Under the pieces are notes generated by a model that saw only the letters and a list, made by a program, of their open reading frames with translations, had not been told where the DNA came from and searched no databases. Shown here piece after piece: positions 21,411-33,788 of a DNA stretch of 64,000 nucleotides (position 1 is the first letter of the stretch; every line of letters starts with the position of its first letter). Made by a program: the position numbers and the translations under genes. Source of the DNA: Octopus sinensis (lineage: Eukaryota); the NCBI RefSeq assembly GCF_006345805.1, contig NC_043013.1:32674001-32738000 (forward strand), read 5' to 3'.

Positions 21411-22807
21411 ACATCAGAAGGATGAGGAAGCTAATGAAGTCAAGGCTAAATGGTCTGAATCTTGTAAAGACTGTAAATACTTGGGCAGTATCATTACTCA
21501 GATACTTGGCAGCTTTTGTAGATTGGACAAAAACTGAATTAGCAAAGCTGGACAGAAGAACTAGGAAGGAATTCAATATGAATGGAGGATTCCACCGAGG
21601 GCAGGAGTAGCAAGATTATGCTTACTTGGAAAGGAAGTCAGAAGATTAATATCAGTAGAAGACTGCGTGGAATTAGCTAGAGTAGATAGAGACTCCTATG
21701 TAGGTATTAGTGAAGAAAGTTTATCAAAAGCTACTAGAGTCACAGCAAGAATAGGGAAACCAAAAACCCAAACCGAAACGAAGTTAAGAACCAGAAAAAA
21801 GAACAGAAATTATCTTGCTGGCTGGAGAAGGCCTTGCATGGTAGATTCCCAAAGATATGTTTCTTTATTAGCCACATAAGGCTGCACACAGGCGGGAAAG
21901 ATTACAAAGTAGAGCTTTTCTTTTTTGAGAAGAAAAAAAAACAAAGTGGGATATGTTTTCGATCAAAAGTGATCGTAAAAGGGATAGTTGCAGCAGATAG
22001 TAGTAGTGAGACATGGTTATGGTTGCAGAAAGGAAAGCTGAAGAGTGAGATAGAAAGTTTGTTAATAGCTGCACAAAATCAAGCATTGAGGACTAATTGG
22101 ATCAGATAGACATGCTAGACAAAAACCAAGTAGATTCTCAATGTAGGTTATGCAAATCAAAACAAGAAAGTGTTACTCATATAGTGAGTGAATATAGCTT
22201 GCTGGCACAGAAAGAATACAAAAATTATATGACAGCCTAGGGAAAGAATCCACTGGGTGCAAATCCTGGAAAGCTAGGATTTGATCATACTGATAAATGG
22301 TATAAACATTAACAGAGTAAAATATTAGAAAGTAAGGAATATAAGATGTCGTGGGACTTTAACATTCAGACTGACAGAGTAATAGAAGATAGAAGGCCTG
22401 ATTTGGTAGTAGTAGATAAAGAGAATAGAAAGTGCCAGATAATTGACTTTACAGTCCCAAATGATGAAAACATTAACATGAGAAGTATAGAAAATATAGC
22501 AAAGTACCAGGACCAAGCTATTGAATTACAGAGACTATGGAAAGTGCGATTAAAATGTATCCCAGTAGTTAGAGGTGCATTGGGAACTATCCCTAAAGAT
22601 CTGAACAGATGGACAGAGAAAATAGGTATAAAACCCAATTTAGTACAGCTCCAGAAAACAGTGTTATTAGGTACAGCTAGGATACTTAGGAGGGTTCTAG
22701 GCATCTAAGGTTACTTGTAGCCATATAGAAGGGTTTTTGGCATCTTGTCGTCGATGTTAGGATATTTTTTTCTTTTCCAACAGTCTAATCTGTTGAGTGT
22801 ATATGAA
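21411..22807 (+). mobile_element. Duplicated R4/Dong-like LINE fragment (lacks the RT part present in the left arm)
   Basis: ORF 22346-22708 differs from ORF 10353-10715 at 6 of 120 residues and shares its lesions. Confidence 0.88.
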
Positions 22808-22881
<74 letters not shown>

Positions 22882-24765
22882 CCTTTCCACTATAGGCACA
22901 AGGCTTGAAATTTGGGGGAGGGGCATAGTCAATAATATCAATCTCAGTGTTTCACTGGTACTTATTTCTTCGACCCCGAAAAGATGAAAGGTAAAAAAAA
23001 AGATTTGTGTTATACATGAATCGAGAAGAAAACAAGAGACTTTCCGCTCTAGATAAAGAAAGAACAAAAGAAAGTACAAACAAGAAGCTAAGCAGGATGA
23101 AGAGAAAGTATTTAGATGAAGAGACAACAAAGGAAACGGTTAAACAAAAGTATAAATGATGTTCTGTACCTTAACTTTTGGTTCGCAGTGTTAAGATTCT
23201 TCTGTGATAAAATTAATGTCTGCAGTTGATTTGTATTTGACGATGTTGTCAATTATTGTGTGTCCCGATGCAAAAATGGTGTTAGTGCAGCTTGAATTAT
23301 TTCTACAAAATCCAGATTGTTAGTCTCTTAAAATGACTTCAGTTGTCTCCTTCATTATGTTTAACAACAATTAATGAAAGCAGCCCGCTGTTCGCCATAA
23401 CTACAGAAACTACTTTCTCGTTTGAACAATCACCAAGAGACCTTATTTCTTTGACAATTTCTCAAAGACAAATGTTTTCTAATTTCTTGGTATTTTCTAT
23501 CATAGATCATGTTACAAAGGGTAAGCAAGCGATTCTCCTTCGTTTTCCCCTCCATATTTAACAAGCTCACCAGTAACTCCAGCTATACTAACAATTTTAT
23601 TCTTTTTCAAGATAATTTAAACACAGTTCATGTTACTGTAAAAGCTCACACGGGTCAGATTGATTTTAACATTTCTTAGAAATGCCCCCCTCACCAGCCC
23701 CTCGCCCATCTTTTCTTGTCGTACTCTCCTTCCTTTAGACATTAGCCATTCTTGCTGTTCACATGTATCCTCGCATTGTTGTTTCCATACTACAGAACTC
23801 AATGCTATGTGATTCTTGAATAATTGTTACAGTAACTGAAAAATAAATCAAGTGAAAAATAAAGAAGGCTTCTAACAATGCAGAAAGCTTAAAAAAAAAC
23901 CCTTTTATACTTCGGGCGCAGAACCCCTTTATACTTTGGGCGCAAAACCTCTTTATAGTTCGGGCGCAAAGGCCTATCTTCAGAAGAATACAGTCAAAGA
24001 AATCTGTATTTACATAGATCTTGCCATTTTGGATTGTCCGAATTCTAACACCAGGTTATCCAAAATGGCAGGAGCTATGTAAATACCTATTTCTTTGAAG
24101 ATAAGCCTTTGCACCCGAAACGTATAGTTTTTAAACCTTTCTGCACCGTTAGAAGCGTTCCTTATTTCTCATTTTATTCAATTCTCTACTTTTGTATCAC
24201 AATGCTTCAAGCGAACTACAACGCTCTTCTTGATTTTTTACAGCACTTTCTGCGGTCTTTACATGGTCTTCAAACCACTATTCTTTATCTTCCAGGTAAC
24301 ACTTCTTTATTTCTCTATCACAAAGTGTTTTATACGCTTCTTTAGCGTTATATACCTTTTAGCTTCTATATTTCTGCTCACGTCACTTATCTCTAACATA
24401 TCATGCCGTGGGGACTTACCATTACTCTCTCTTTTCCTCCCTTTATTCCTCTTCAATTTTTACCTGTATCAACTTAAATATTGTTGATTTTATTCCAATG
24501 GTTAACTGCATTTGTTTCTGCATTTTCTACGGTACATTGGTTCTTAAGGTCTTGCTTCTACGATTTTATGATGTCACTTTCATCAAGTTTGCTAATATCA
24601 AAAGCCTATTCTCAGGCGTGGCTGCATGTTAATTTACTTGCTTCCTAACCACGTCGTTCTGAGTTCAGTTCTATTGCGTGGCACCATGAGCAAGTGTTTT
24701 CTACTATAGAATGGGGCCGATCAAAGCCTTGTGAGTCTTGTGAGTGGATTTGGTAAACAGAAAAT
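21411..24765. repeat. Right arm of the large inverted segmental duplication
   Basis: Inverted copy of 6410-11613 with a 1.9-kb deletion; junction near 22990. Confidence 0.92.
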
Positions 24766-24789
24766 TTTCTGTCTACCAAATCCACTGAT

Positions 24790-25120
24790 TGACTAGGAGG
24801 GATCATTGTCAATCATGGCCTGGATCTCACCGACAAATTCAGGAGTTCTTTTCTTATCAGACCTACCAGAGGGAATTTTCCGAGCTGCTGTACCTTCGTA
24901 ATCACCATTAGACTCATCTAGCTCTTTCCAAATCCTCTGCATTGTACTCAGATTGACACCCAAACCTAAAATGCTCGTATTTGAGCTTCCGGTGCGAATT
25001 CCAAACAGTACAGCATGTCGTTTCCAAATTTCTGGTAGATTGAATTGCGTCATGGTGTTGGTTTTCTCAGAGACTGTGTTGTTGACAAAGTCAAAAACAA
25101 ACCATGCGCATGCGCGAAAT
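24790..25120 (-). mobile_element. Tc1/mariner-superfamily transposase 5' fragment (N-terminal HTH region), truncated
   Basis: PEIWKRHAVLFGIRTG...VNLSTMQRIWKELDES...RSDKKRTPEFVGEIQAMIDNDPS, recognised as an ITm transposase N-terminus. Confidence 0.7.
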
Positions 25121-25274
25121 TAAAAATATAAAATGGCGGCAATGGAGACATCACACTCTTTATATATGTGTGTGTGTTTGTTTGTGTGTGTGTTTATGTG
25201 TTTGTGTGTTTGTATGTGTGTTGTGTGTGTGTGTGTGTGTGTGTGTGAGTGTATGTGTGTGAGTGTGTGTGTTT

Positions 25275-25445
25275 TTCCTCTATCATCTCTTGACAACCGG
25301 CTTGATGTGTTCACATTCCCGTAAACCAGCGGCTCGGCAAGAGAGATCGATAGAATATGAACCAGGTTTAAAATATAAAACGTACTGGGATCAATTCATT
25401 CAACATGAAGGTGGTGCTCCAACATGGCCGCAGTCTAATGACTAA
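25275..25445 (+). mobile_element. SINE family A 3' half, diverged
   Basis: TGACAACCGG...GGTGGTGCTCCAACATGGCCGCAGTC. Confidence 0.65.
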
Positions 25446-25599
25446 TACTTGTCAATAATAGATGATAGAAAAAACAAAAAAACACACACACAAATAAAAA
25501 CACCAATTACATGTGAGATAAGAGCTCTGGTACTCTTCAATTCGTGGAAATGGCAGAAATAATTTCAATACATTTCGCTCTTTTGCCATAGGTTTTTCT

Positions 25600-25955
25600 G
25601 AATATGGTGTACCGATTAGGCAGAGACTCCTTTCGGTCAAGAATGATCATGGGATTGCACATAGAAAGTTCCCCTCTAAAGTTCAAGCCCAAGCAAGGTT
25701 GTTTTATGGAAGACCAGCAGTCGCCCATGCATACCAGCCTCCCCTCTTTACGCCACCGGTGCTATTTAAGGGAAAGGCAAAGGCCGATATAACTTGACAA
25801 TAGTGACATCGCAACTCATTTCTATCGCTGAGTGAACTGGAGAAATGTAAAATTAAGTGTCTTGTTCAAGAACACAACACACAGCCCGGTCCGGGAATCG
25901 AACTTACTACCTCATGATTGTGAGCCTGACGCTCTAACCACTGAACCATGCGTAC
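25600..25955 (-). mobile_element. tRNA-derived SINE, family C (CORE-like)
   Basis: Head TGGTTCAGTGGTTAGAGCGTCAGG...GTTCGATTCCCGG, core TGTGTTCTTGAACAAGACACTT; relatives at 37232-37532 and 52548-53010. Confidence 0.8.
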
Positions 25956-26362
25956 CAGTTACTGTTATTTGTAACTCAACATTTATTAATATTCATAGCA
26001 TATTCAACAGATGCTCAAATTTTGTCACTTTGTTTTTATTATAATCGGGGCGAGAATAATCGAATGCAGTTAATCGAATTGTGCAATTATTCGAGATTCA
26101 ATTGAATGAAGTCGACGGTATACTTGTATGTGTATATGAACTGCATTTAGTGGTGAGGCTCCAGTTCTGGAAATATGGGGAGAATTGAGTTGCCCCTTAA
26201 TTACCATTACTCTCAGGACTGGTCTGGCCCGGAACAGTAGAAGCTGTCAGGGTCCCATTTATTTTTGACAAAGTCATACTCAGTCACAAGTCAACTTCCA
26301 CCATGTCTGTCTGCCTGCCTGCTTATCTCCCTACCTAGTACCTAGTATATATATATATATAT

Positions 26363-27447
26363 ATTAATTAATAAGGGTGAGAGAATTAGATACTAATTTA
26401 ATAGTATATCTATTCAACACCAAGTGGCCTAGTGCTCCGAGAAACCTGGATTATTATAATATTTTATAATATATTATAATATTTTTACAAAATAAATATA
26501 AGAGAGTGGTCACTATATGGCTCACTCTAGCACCAGTTAGTCCAAAAGGTTTCAACCACAAAAATACATGTTTCCCATGAAAGTCAGTACGATTGTTAGC
26601 TCACACGGACAGGGCAAATAAAAAATAACAAAAATACAGATTATTTTGGGACAATTGTTTCGCTATTAATGAATTAAATGTAATTTTACTTACAAAAAAA
26701 ATCCACTTGTAGCTCGTCAGCCAAAACTATCTGGATGAAATCCACTCAATCACACGCCAGATTTTACCATAACGATAAATACGCGTGTGGTTCAATTGAT
26801 TACATCCGACGTTATAATTCAAATGCCCCAACCAACAGCGCGCCAAACTTTCACCTTTTGGATTAACTGGTGCTAGAGTGAGCCATATAGAGACCACTCT
26901 CTTATATTTATTTTGTAAAAATATTATAATATATTATAAAATATTATAATAATCCAGGTTTCTCGGAGCACTAGGCCACTTGGTGTTGAATAGATATACT
27001 ATTAAAGTAGTATCTAATTCTCTCACCCTTATTAATTAATTATAATTATGCTACATTTATTTCTAAATGCAGTCTTTGTTTTCCGTGAAAGTTTGGCGCG
27101 CTGTTGGTTGGGGCATTTGAATTATAACGTCGGATGTAATCAATTGAACCACACGCGTATTTATCGTTATGGTAAAATCTGGCGTGTGATTGAGTGGATT
27201 TCATCCAGATAGTTTGGCTGACGAGCTACAAGTGGATTTTTTTGTAAGTAAAATTACATTTAATTCATTAATAGCGAAACAATTGTCCCAAAATAATCTG
27301 TATTTTTGTTATTTTTTATTTGCCCTGTCCGTGTGAGCTAACAATCGTACTGACTTTCATGGGAAACATGTATTTTTGTGGTTGAAACCCTTTGGATTAA
27401 CTGGTGCTAGAGTGAGCCATATAGTGACCACTCTCTTATATTTATTT

Positions 27448-27448
<1 letters not shown>
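26363..27448. mobile_element. Palindromic MITE with T-I-T'-u-I'-T' architecture
   Basis: T 26363-26550, I 26551-26854, T' 26853-27040, u 27041-27084, I' 27085-27389, partial T' to 27448; the arms are near-identical. Confidence 0.9.
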
Positions 27449-27486
<38 letters not shown>

Positions 27487-27504
27487 ATGTGTGTATATGT
27501 ATAC

Positions 27505-27748
27505 TTTTATTCTTTTACTCTGTTACTTGTTTCAGTCATTTGGCTGTGGCCACGCTGGAGCACTGCCTTTAATCGAACAAATCGACCCCAAGACTTATTC
27601 TCTGTAAGCCTAGTACTTATTCTATCGGTCTCTTTCTCCGAACCGCTAAGTTACGGGGACGTAGACACACAAACATCGGTTGTCAAGTGATGCTCGGAGG
27701 ACAATCACAGACACAAACACACACACACACACACCACACACACACACA

Positions 27749-27787
<39 letters not shown>

Positions 27788-27945
27788 ACGAGCTTCTTTC
27801 AGTTTCCATCTACCAGATCCACTCACAAGGATTTGGTCGGTCAATGCTATCGTAGAAGACACTTGCCTGAGGTGCCACGCAGTGGGACTGAACTAGAAAC
27901 CATGTGGTTGGTATGAAAGCTACTTATCACACAACACTTGCGCCT
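27505..27945 (-). mobile_element. SINE family A
   Basis: Collinear with the family A consensus; expanded CA tract. Confidence 0.85.
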
Positions 27946-27993
27946 ATTGACACACATATCTATATATATACTATCCTATTGATATACTATATA

Positions 27994-28026
<33 letters not shown>

Positions 28027-28031
<5 letters not shown>

Positions 28032-29003
28032 AAATCTAGGGGACTGACCACTAAAAGTGGACAGCCTATATTCTAGATATAGACGTCAAAAACGCTATTT
28101 TCCACGAAGAATGTGTTCTCAAGAAAAAAACTCAGCAAAAAACCAAAGGGTAAAAATAAGCACGATCAATGAAAATATACGAAATAAAAAACGATTACCT
28201 ATGTACTAATTAGTTTTACCTGTTAATATTTACGTATATGGACACGTAGACATCTGCAAGATCATCAGCATAGTCTGTCGTTTACAAAACACAATTTCTA
28301 GAACTAAATACAGGACGCTCAACCGAAATCCAGTATGTATAAAGTTCTACAAATTATATTCATGTGTAAAATTTTGTATGTAAAAAAAATTTTAATCTTC
28401 GGATTAAAAAAAAAATATGCTAGGCTACTGGTTTTAATTGATTAATATCAATTTCTTACCTTATTTAATTTTAAATAAAAATATGTTCCCTAACCGGTAA
28501 ATTGACTGCTGTTGTTTATTAACTGCAGAGTAGTTTCCGATTTCAGCGCGCCAAAGTGAAGGCATTTGAAAGGTACACGTAAATATAATTTGTAGAACTT
28601 TATACATGCTGGATTTTGGTTGAGAGTCCTGTATCTAGTTCTGGAAATTGTGTTTTGTAAACGACATACTATGCTGATGACCTTGCAGATGTTTACGTGT
28701 CCATATACATAAATATTAACAAGTGAAACTAATTAGTACATAGGTAATCGTTTTTTATTTCGTATATTTTAATTTGTCTTGCTTATTTTACACTTTGGCT
28801 TTTTGCTGAGTTTTTTTGAGAACACATTCTTCGTGGAAAATAGCGATTTTGACGTCTATATCTAGCATATAGGCCGTCCAGTTTTAGTAGGTCAGTCCTC
28901 TAAATTTTGTATGTAAAAATTTTTTTAATCTTCGGACTTTTTAAAAAATATGCTAGGCCACTGGTAATTTTAATTGATTAATATAATTCTACCGTTATTT
29001 AAT
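28027..29003. mobile_element. Second palindromic MITE with an internally duplicated right terminus
   Basis: Arm 28027-28368 is inverted to 28574-28914; block 28368-28470 is directly repeated at 28901-29003. Confidence 0.88.
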
Positions 29004-29048
<45 letters not shown>

Positions 29049-29237
29049 ATATATATATACATGCCTAAACATGCGTATATATGTATATAAATACACACAC
29101 ACACACACACACGCATATATATACAATACATGCATGCATACATACATACATACATATATACATACATACTTACATACATACATACACATAGTACCTACAT
29201 ACATACATACATACATAAACATAACATACATATATAT

Positions 29238-29299
<62 letters not shown>

Positions 29300-29300
29300 A

Positions 29301-30562
29301 TCTTATTATAAAAGGCAGATTTTATCTGCCTCCCTTTGTCTCTTATAGAAATCTACAATATAGGATTTCTTCAATTACAATTTACCTAGCATTTTAGAGT
29401 AGAATGCATCGGGTTTTGCCAGGTCCACTTTTTAAAATTTCAACCCCAATTAAGCAAAATTTAGAGAAAACTCACATTGTGGTGTATGAGTCAAATGCTT
29501 CTCTTAGTGTGGTCTACAGCACACGCACACGCACACACACACACAGTGTGCAACGAATAAAGTGAAAGTAATTCACTGTGTGTGTGTGTTGACAGGTAGA
29601 CAATAGAATGCGATGGCGATGTAATATTTGTTTCTGTCTATAACGCTGATAGATACATGAGTAAAATGTATGGGAAGCTAACAGATAAGAGTGAGTGAAA
29701 ATGTTCTTGGAAGAGAGTAAATAGCGAGATAGTGATTTGAGGAAGACTTTACATTAAATAACCGTAGTGGCTTGTCAAATGAAGAGGAGTGAAAGGGTAC
29801 TGGAGGAAATAGGGTGAGTGAGGAAGATGGCCCCTAGCAACCACACCTTTTAAGATAGGGATTTCTAAGGTAGCCCACGAGCATCGTCACCTCATTCTAC
29901 ATGTCCCTGTAAATTTTGGAGCGAATCGGACGGGATAAAGTTATCTCTAAGAAACAGAAAGATCGCCCAAAAGTGTATATAGATATTTAAATGTATTTAT
30001 ATATTCATCTATACACACATGTATGTATAATATGCGTGTATATATTTCCATAGAGGTAACCATTCAATCCATACAAAGTTTTTTAGGACGAAAATATCTC
30101 TTATTATAAAAGGCAGATTTTATCTGCCTCCCTTTGGGAGTTATACAAATCTACAATATAGGATTTCTTCAATTACAATTTACCTAGCATTTTTGAGAGT
30201 ACAATGCATCGCGTCATGCCAGGTCCAGTTTTTAAAATTTAAACTCCGATTAAGCAAAATTTACAGAAAACTCACATTCTGGTGTGTGTGTCAAGCTTTT
30301 CTTAGTCTGGTTTACACCACACGCAAACGCACACACACAGTGGGCAACGAATAAAATGAAAGTAAATAGCGACAGAGTGATTTGAGGAAGACTAAACTGA
30401 AAGTATTCTGTCTATGACGCTGATAGATACATGAGTAAAATGTATAGGAAGCTAAGAGCTAAGAGTGAGTGAAAATGTTCTTGGAAGAGAGTAAATAAGC
30501 GAGAGAGAGAGAGTGATTTGAGGAAGACTTCATTAAATAACCGTAGTGGCTTGTGTTAGTAA
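29301..30562 (+). mobile_element. Two tandem copies of a non-autonomous Helitron-like family H2 (starts at 29301 and about 30097)
   Basis: A|TC(TC)TTATTATAAAAGGCAGATTTTATCTGCCTCCC 5' ends and collinear bodies; 3' ends not resolved. Confidence 0.6.
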
Positions 30563-30949
30563 TAAAGTAAACATACACTCATACATACATATACATACAT
30601 ACATACATACATACATCCATACATACATACATACATACATACACACACACACATACACACACATACATACACACACACATACATACATACACACATACTA
30701 CATACATACATACATATACATACATACATACATATACATACTACATACACAACACACATACACACACACACAGTATTGAAGCTTGAGAACAATCAGATAC
30801 ATTTGCAACACATCTGTTGAAAATATTATTGTTCACACACATACATATACATATATACATACGCAGACAGACAATAGACACACACACACACACACACATG
30901 ATCCAGCATGGCCACAACCTCAAGGCTGAAACATATAAAAGAATAACAG

Positions 30950-31318
30950 AATATAAATGTGTGCAAAGTACAAGAAATATTATGCAGTATATGGGGATTG
31001 GACAATAAGCGTAAGGCAGTGACAATGGTGGTTCCAGAAATCCCGAGCCATAAACTACAGCCTAGAATCGAGCCTCATCCTGAAAGATCTGTAGAACTCG
31101 ACAAGGACATCCTGAAAACCCTGGTGGAACAAAATCTCATCGTAACTGTTGAGGAACTAGCAGAGAAGCTTGGATTTGGTCATTCAACCATTCATTGAGA
31201 CCTGTGTGCTATCGGAAAAGTCAGCAAATTGGGTCAATGGTTCCTCACGAACTTTCCGAGTCTAATTGCATGCAGAGAGTGAATGTATGCTTTTCTTTGC
31301 TGTCACATCTCACCACTA
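30950..31318 (+). mobile_element. mariner transposase N-terminal fragment, pseudogenised
   Basis: AVYG-WTISVRQ*QWWFQK...SVELDKDILKTLVEQNLIVTVEELAEKLGFGHSTIH...KLGQW(V)PHELSE (WVPHEL motif broken by a frameshift). Confidence 0.88.
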
Positions 31319-31332
31319 CTGCGCTATGTATA

Positions 31333-31977
31333 TCTATATATATAAAACTGTAGTTGTGTGAGTGTCTGTCCCCTTCGATTTAGATTCCTAACTACTCCCA
31401 CATTTTGCGGTGCAGTTTAACCAAATTCGGGTAGCTTATAGTCGTGATTCATATCGAGCCCGTCTGAATATTAGCGCGCGTCTACGATGAGTCTACGATT
31501 TTAAAAATAATTTAACATAATTTTTTATTCCATTTTAATGCATAATTTTTTCGTGTGTCGATGGCGGCGGAGTTGGCGTCCACGCTCACACCTGCACCTG
31601 TGGGGAGGGAGTGTAAGGAAATCAACGTCGTAATGCGTTGTCAAGGAGACCAGTGTTCTTTTAGAACAACGACTTCATGGCTTGAAGACACCACAAAACA
31701 AAATGGCTAAGAAAGCGTCTACATGAGTCTACGATTTAAAAAAAAAAATTACCACCATCGTTTTTTTTTTCCATTTTAATGCATTTTTTTCGCTATTATA
31801 TAAGGGAAGTAACTCTCTAAAATGGTCTACGATGAGTCAACGATTTAAAAAAAAATTTACCATCATATTTTTTCCATTTTTAATGCATTTTTTGCTATTT
31901 TTTTGCTATAACTCTCTAAAAATGCTTATATAGTTATTTCCCTTACAAACCCGAGCAACGCCGGGCGATACTGCTAA
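31333..31977 (+). mobile_element. Non-autonomous Helitron, family H1
   Basis: 5' A|TCTATATATATAAAA; 3' hairpin CCCGAGCAACGCCGGG followed by ACTGCTAA (CTAG variant). Confidence 0.85.
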
Positions 31978-32338
31978 TTTATATATAAAAGAAAGGTTGT
32001 GTGTCTGTCTACTCCGATTTAGATTCCTAACTAGCAGAAAGATCGCCTAAAAGTGTATATAGATATATAAATGTATTTATATATTCATCTATGCACACAT
32101 GTATGTATAACGTGTGTGTATATATTTCCATAGAGGTAACCATTCACTCCATACAAAGTTTTTTAGGACGAAAATAAGATCTAAAGTTATCTATAAGAAA
32201 AAGAAAGATCGCCCAAAAGTGTATATAGATATTTAAATGTATTTATATATTCATCTATACACACATGTATGTATAATGTGCGTGTATATATTTCCAAGAG
32301 GTAACCATTCAATCCATACAAGTTTTTTAGGACGAAAA

Positions 32339-33182
32339 TCTTTATATATAAAAAAAAAGTTGTACGTCTGTCTACTCCGATTTAGATTCCTAACTACTCC
32401 CACATTTTGCGATGCAGTTTAAAAACCAAACCGGGTATCTTATAGTCGTGATTCATATCGAGCCCTTCTGGGTATTAGCGCGCGTCTACGATGAGTCTAC
32501 GATTTTACAAATAATTTACCATCATTTTTTCCATTTTAATGCATATTTTTTAAATAAAGGGAAGTAACTCTCAACTTCACACCAATATGCGTGCTCATAT
32601 GCGACGTAATATCACATCAGCAGCATTTCCTCACCCCTCCTTGCACTTGGCGAAGGCAAAATACCAGGGGATGAAACTGGTAATATTGCCATCTGATTCC
32701 ATTTGTACCTTTGTTAAGACGCCTTCTGATCTCAGAGATGCAGTGTTCCCAGATCTACAAGCTAATTATCAGAATATGGATTGGATTGGCCAAAAGGCTA
32801 TACTGGCCCCGAGGAATAAAACTGTTCACCATATTAATGATGAAATGCTAAAACTCATTCCTGGGGAAGTCTATGTAATATCAGTCTATCGATACAACTC
32901 CTGACCCAGAGGACGTCATCAACTATCCAATAGAGGTACTCAATTCCTTTGAGCACCCCGGACTACCACCACACTTTCTCAAACTTAAAGTTGGTGCCCC
33001 TATAATGCTCATCAGAAATTTGGTTCCCCCAAAAAACAATGCAATGGCACACGTTTGATCGTTAAGTCCTTATCTCCCAGCGTAAACTTATCAATATTTG
33101 CCTGAATAATCATCATAATTCAGTGCAATCATTAACAGTACTTTCAAGCAATTCAGCCCCGAGCAACGCCAGCATTCTGCTG
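32339..33182 (+). mobile_element. Helitron H1 derivative carrying a PIF1-like helicase fragment
   Basis: H1 5' end, helicase fragment and a degenerate 3' hairpin CCCGAGCAACGCCAGC. Confidence 0.8.
32690..33085 (+). pseudogene. Helitron Rep/helicase (PIF1-family) fragment
   Basis: LRDAVFPDLQANYQNMDWIGQKAILAPRNKTVHHINDEMLKLIPG, a frameshift, then [34 protein letters not shown]...CNGTRLIV. Confidence 0.9.
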
Positions 33183-33237
<55 letters not shown>

Positions 33238-33788
33238 TATATATATATATATTATACCGGAGTAAACACATAAATGTGAAACAAGGTGTAAAAAAGAGTA
33301 CTCAAATACCAGGGGTAGAGTAATATGCTTTATTTAAAATGCTTTATTTAACAAAACTGTCCGTTGAACGGGAACGTGAAACTCCGAGTAACAGATTTTG
33401 TTGAATTTCTGCTGCTTTTAAATAAAGTATATATATTATACATATATATTGTATATATATGACTCAGTGGTTAGAGTGTCGGGCTCACAGTAAAAACTAT
33501 ATACACTTTTCACTATCTGACCACTACCACCACCATCATCTCTCCCTCCCCTCTCCCCTCTATCTGCCTTTGTTTACCTCACCATCATGGATACTTCTTC
33601 CTTTTTCTTCTCCCTCTTTTTTCTGCAATTATTTGAAAGCGTTACGGACGTGCTAAGTAACGTAATGACAAGCAGAATTATTACAGTAGATTGATCGGAG
33701 CATCTCATTTTGGCTGTGGTCAAAACTGTGAGTCTCAACTTTGACTGAAAATCACAATGGTTTCATTTTAGGAGCCCATGCACTTAAT

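Noticed and set aside
28670-28690. YADDL reverse-transcriptase-like motif
   Set aside because: It lies in a MITE arm, with an in-frame stop 4 codons upstream and no other RT motifs.
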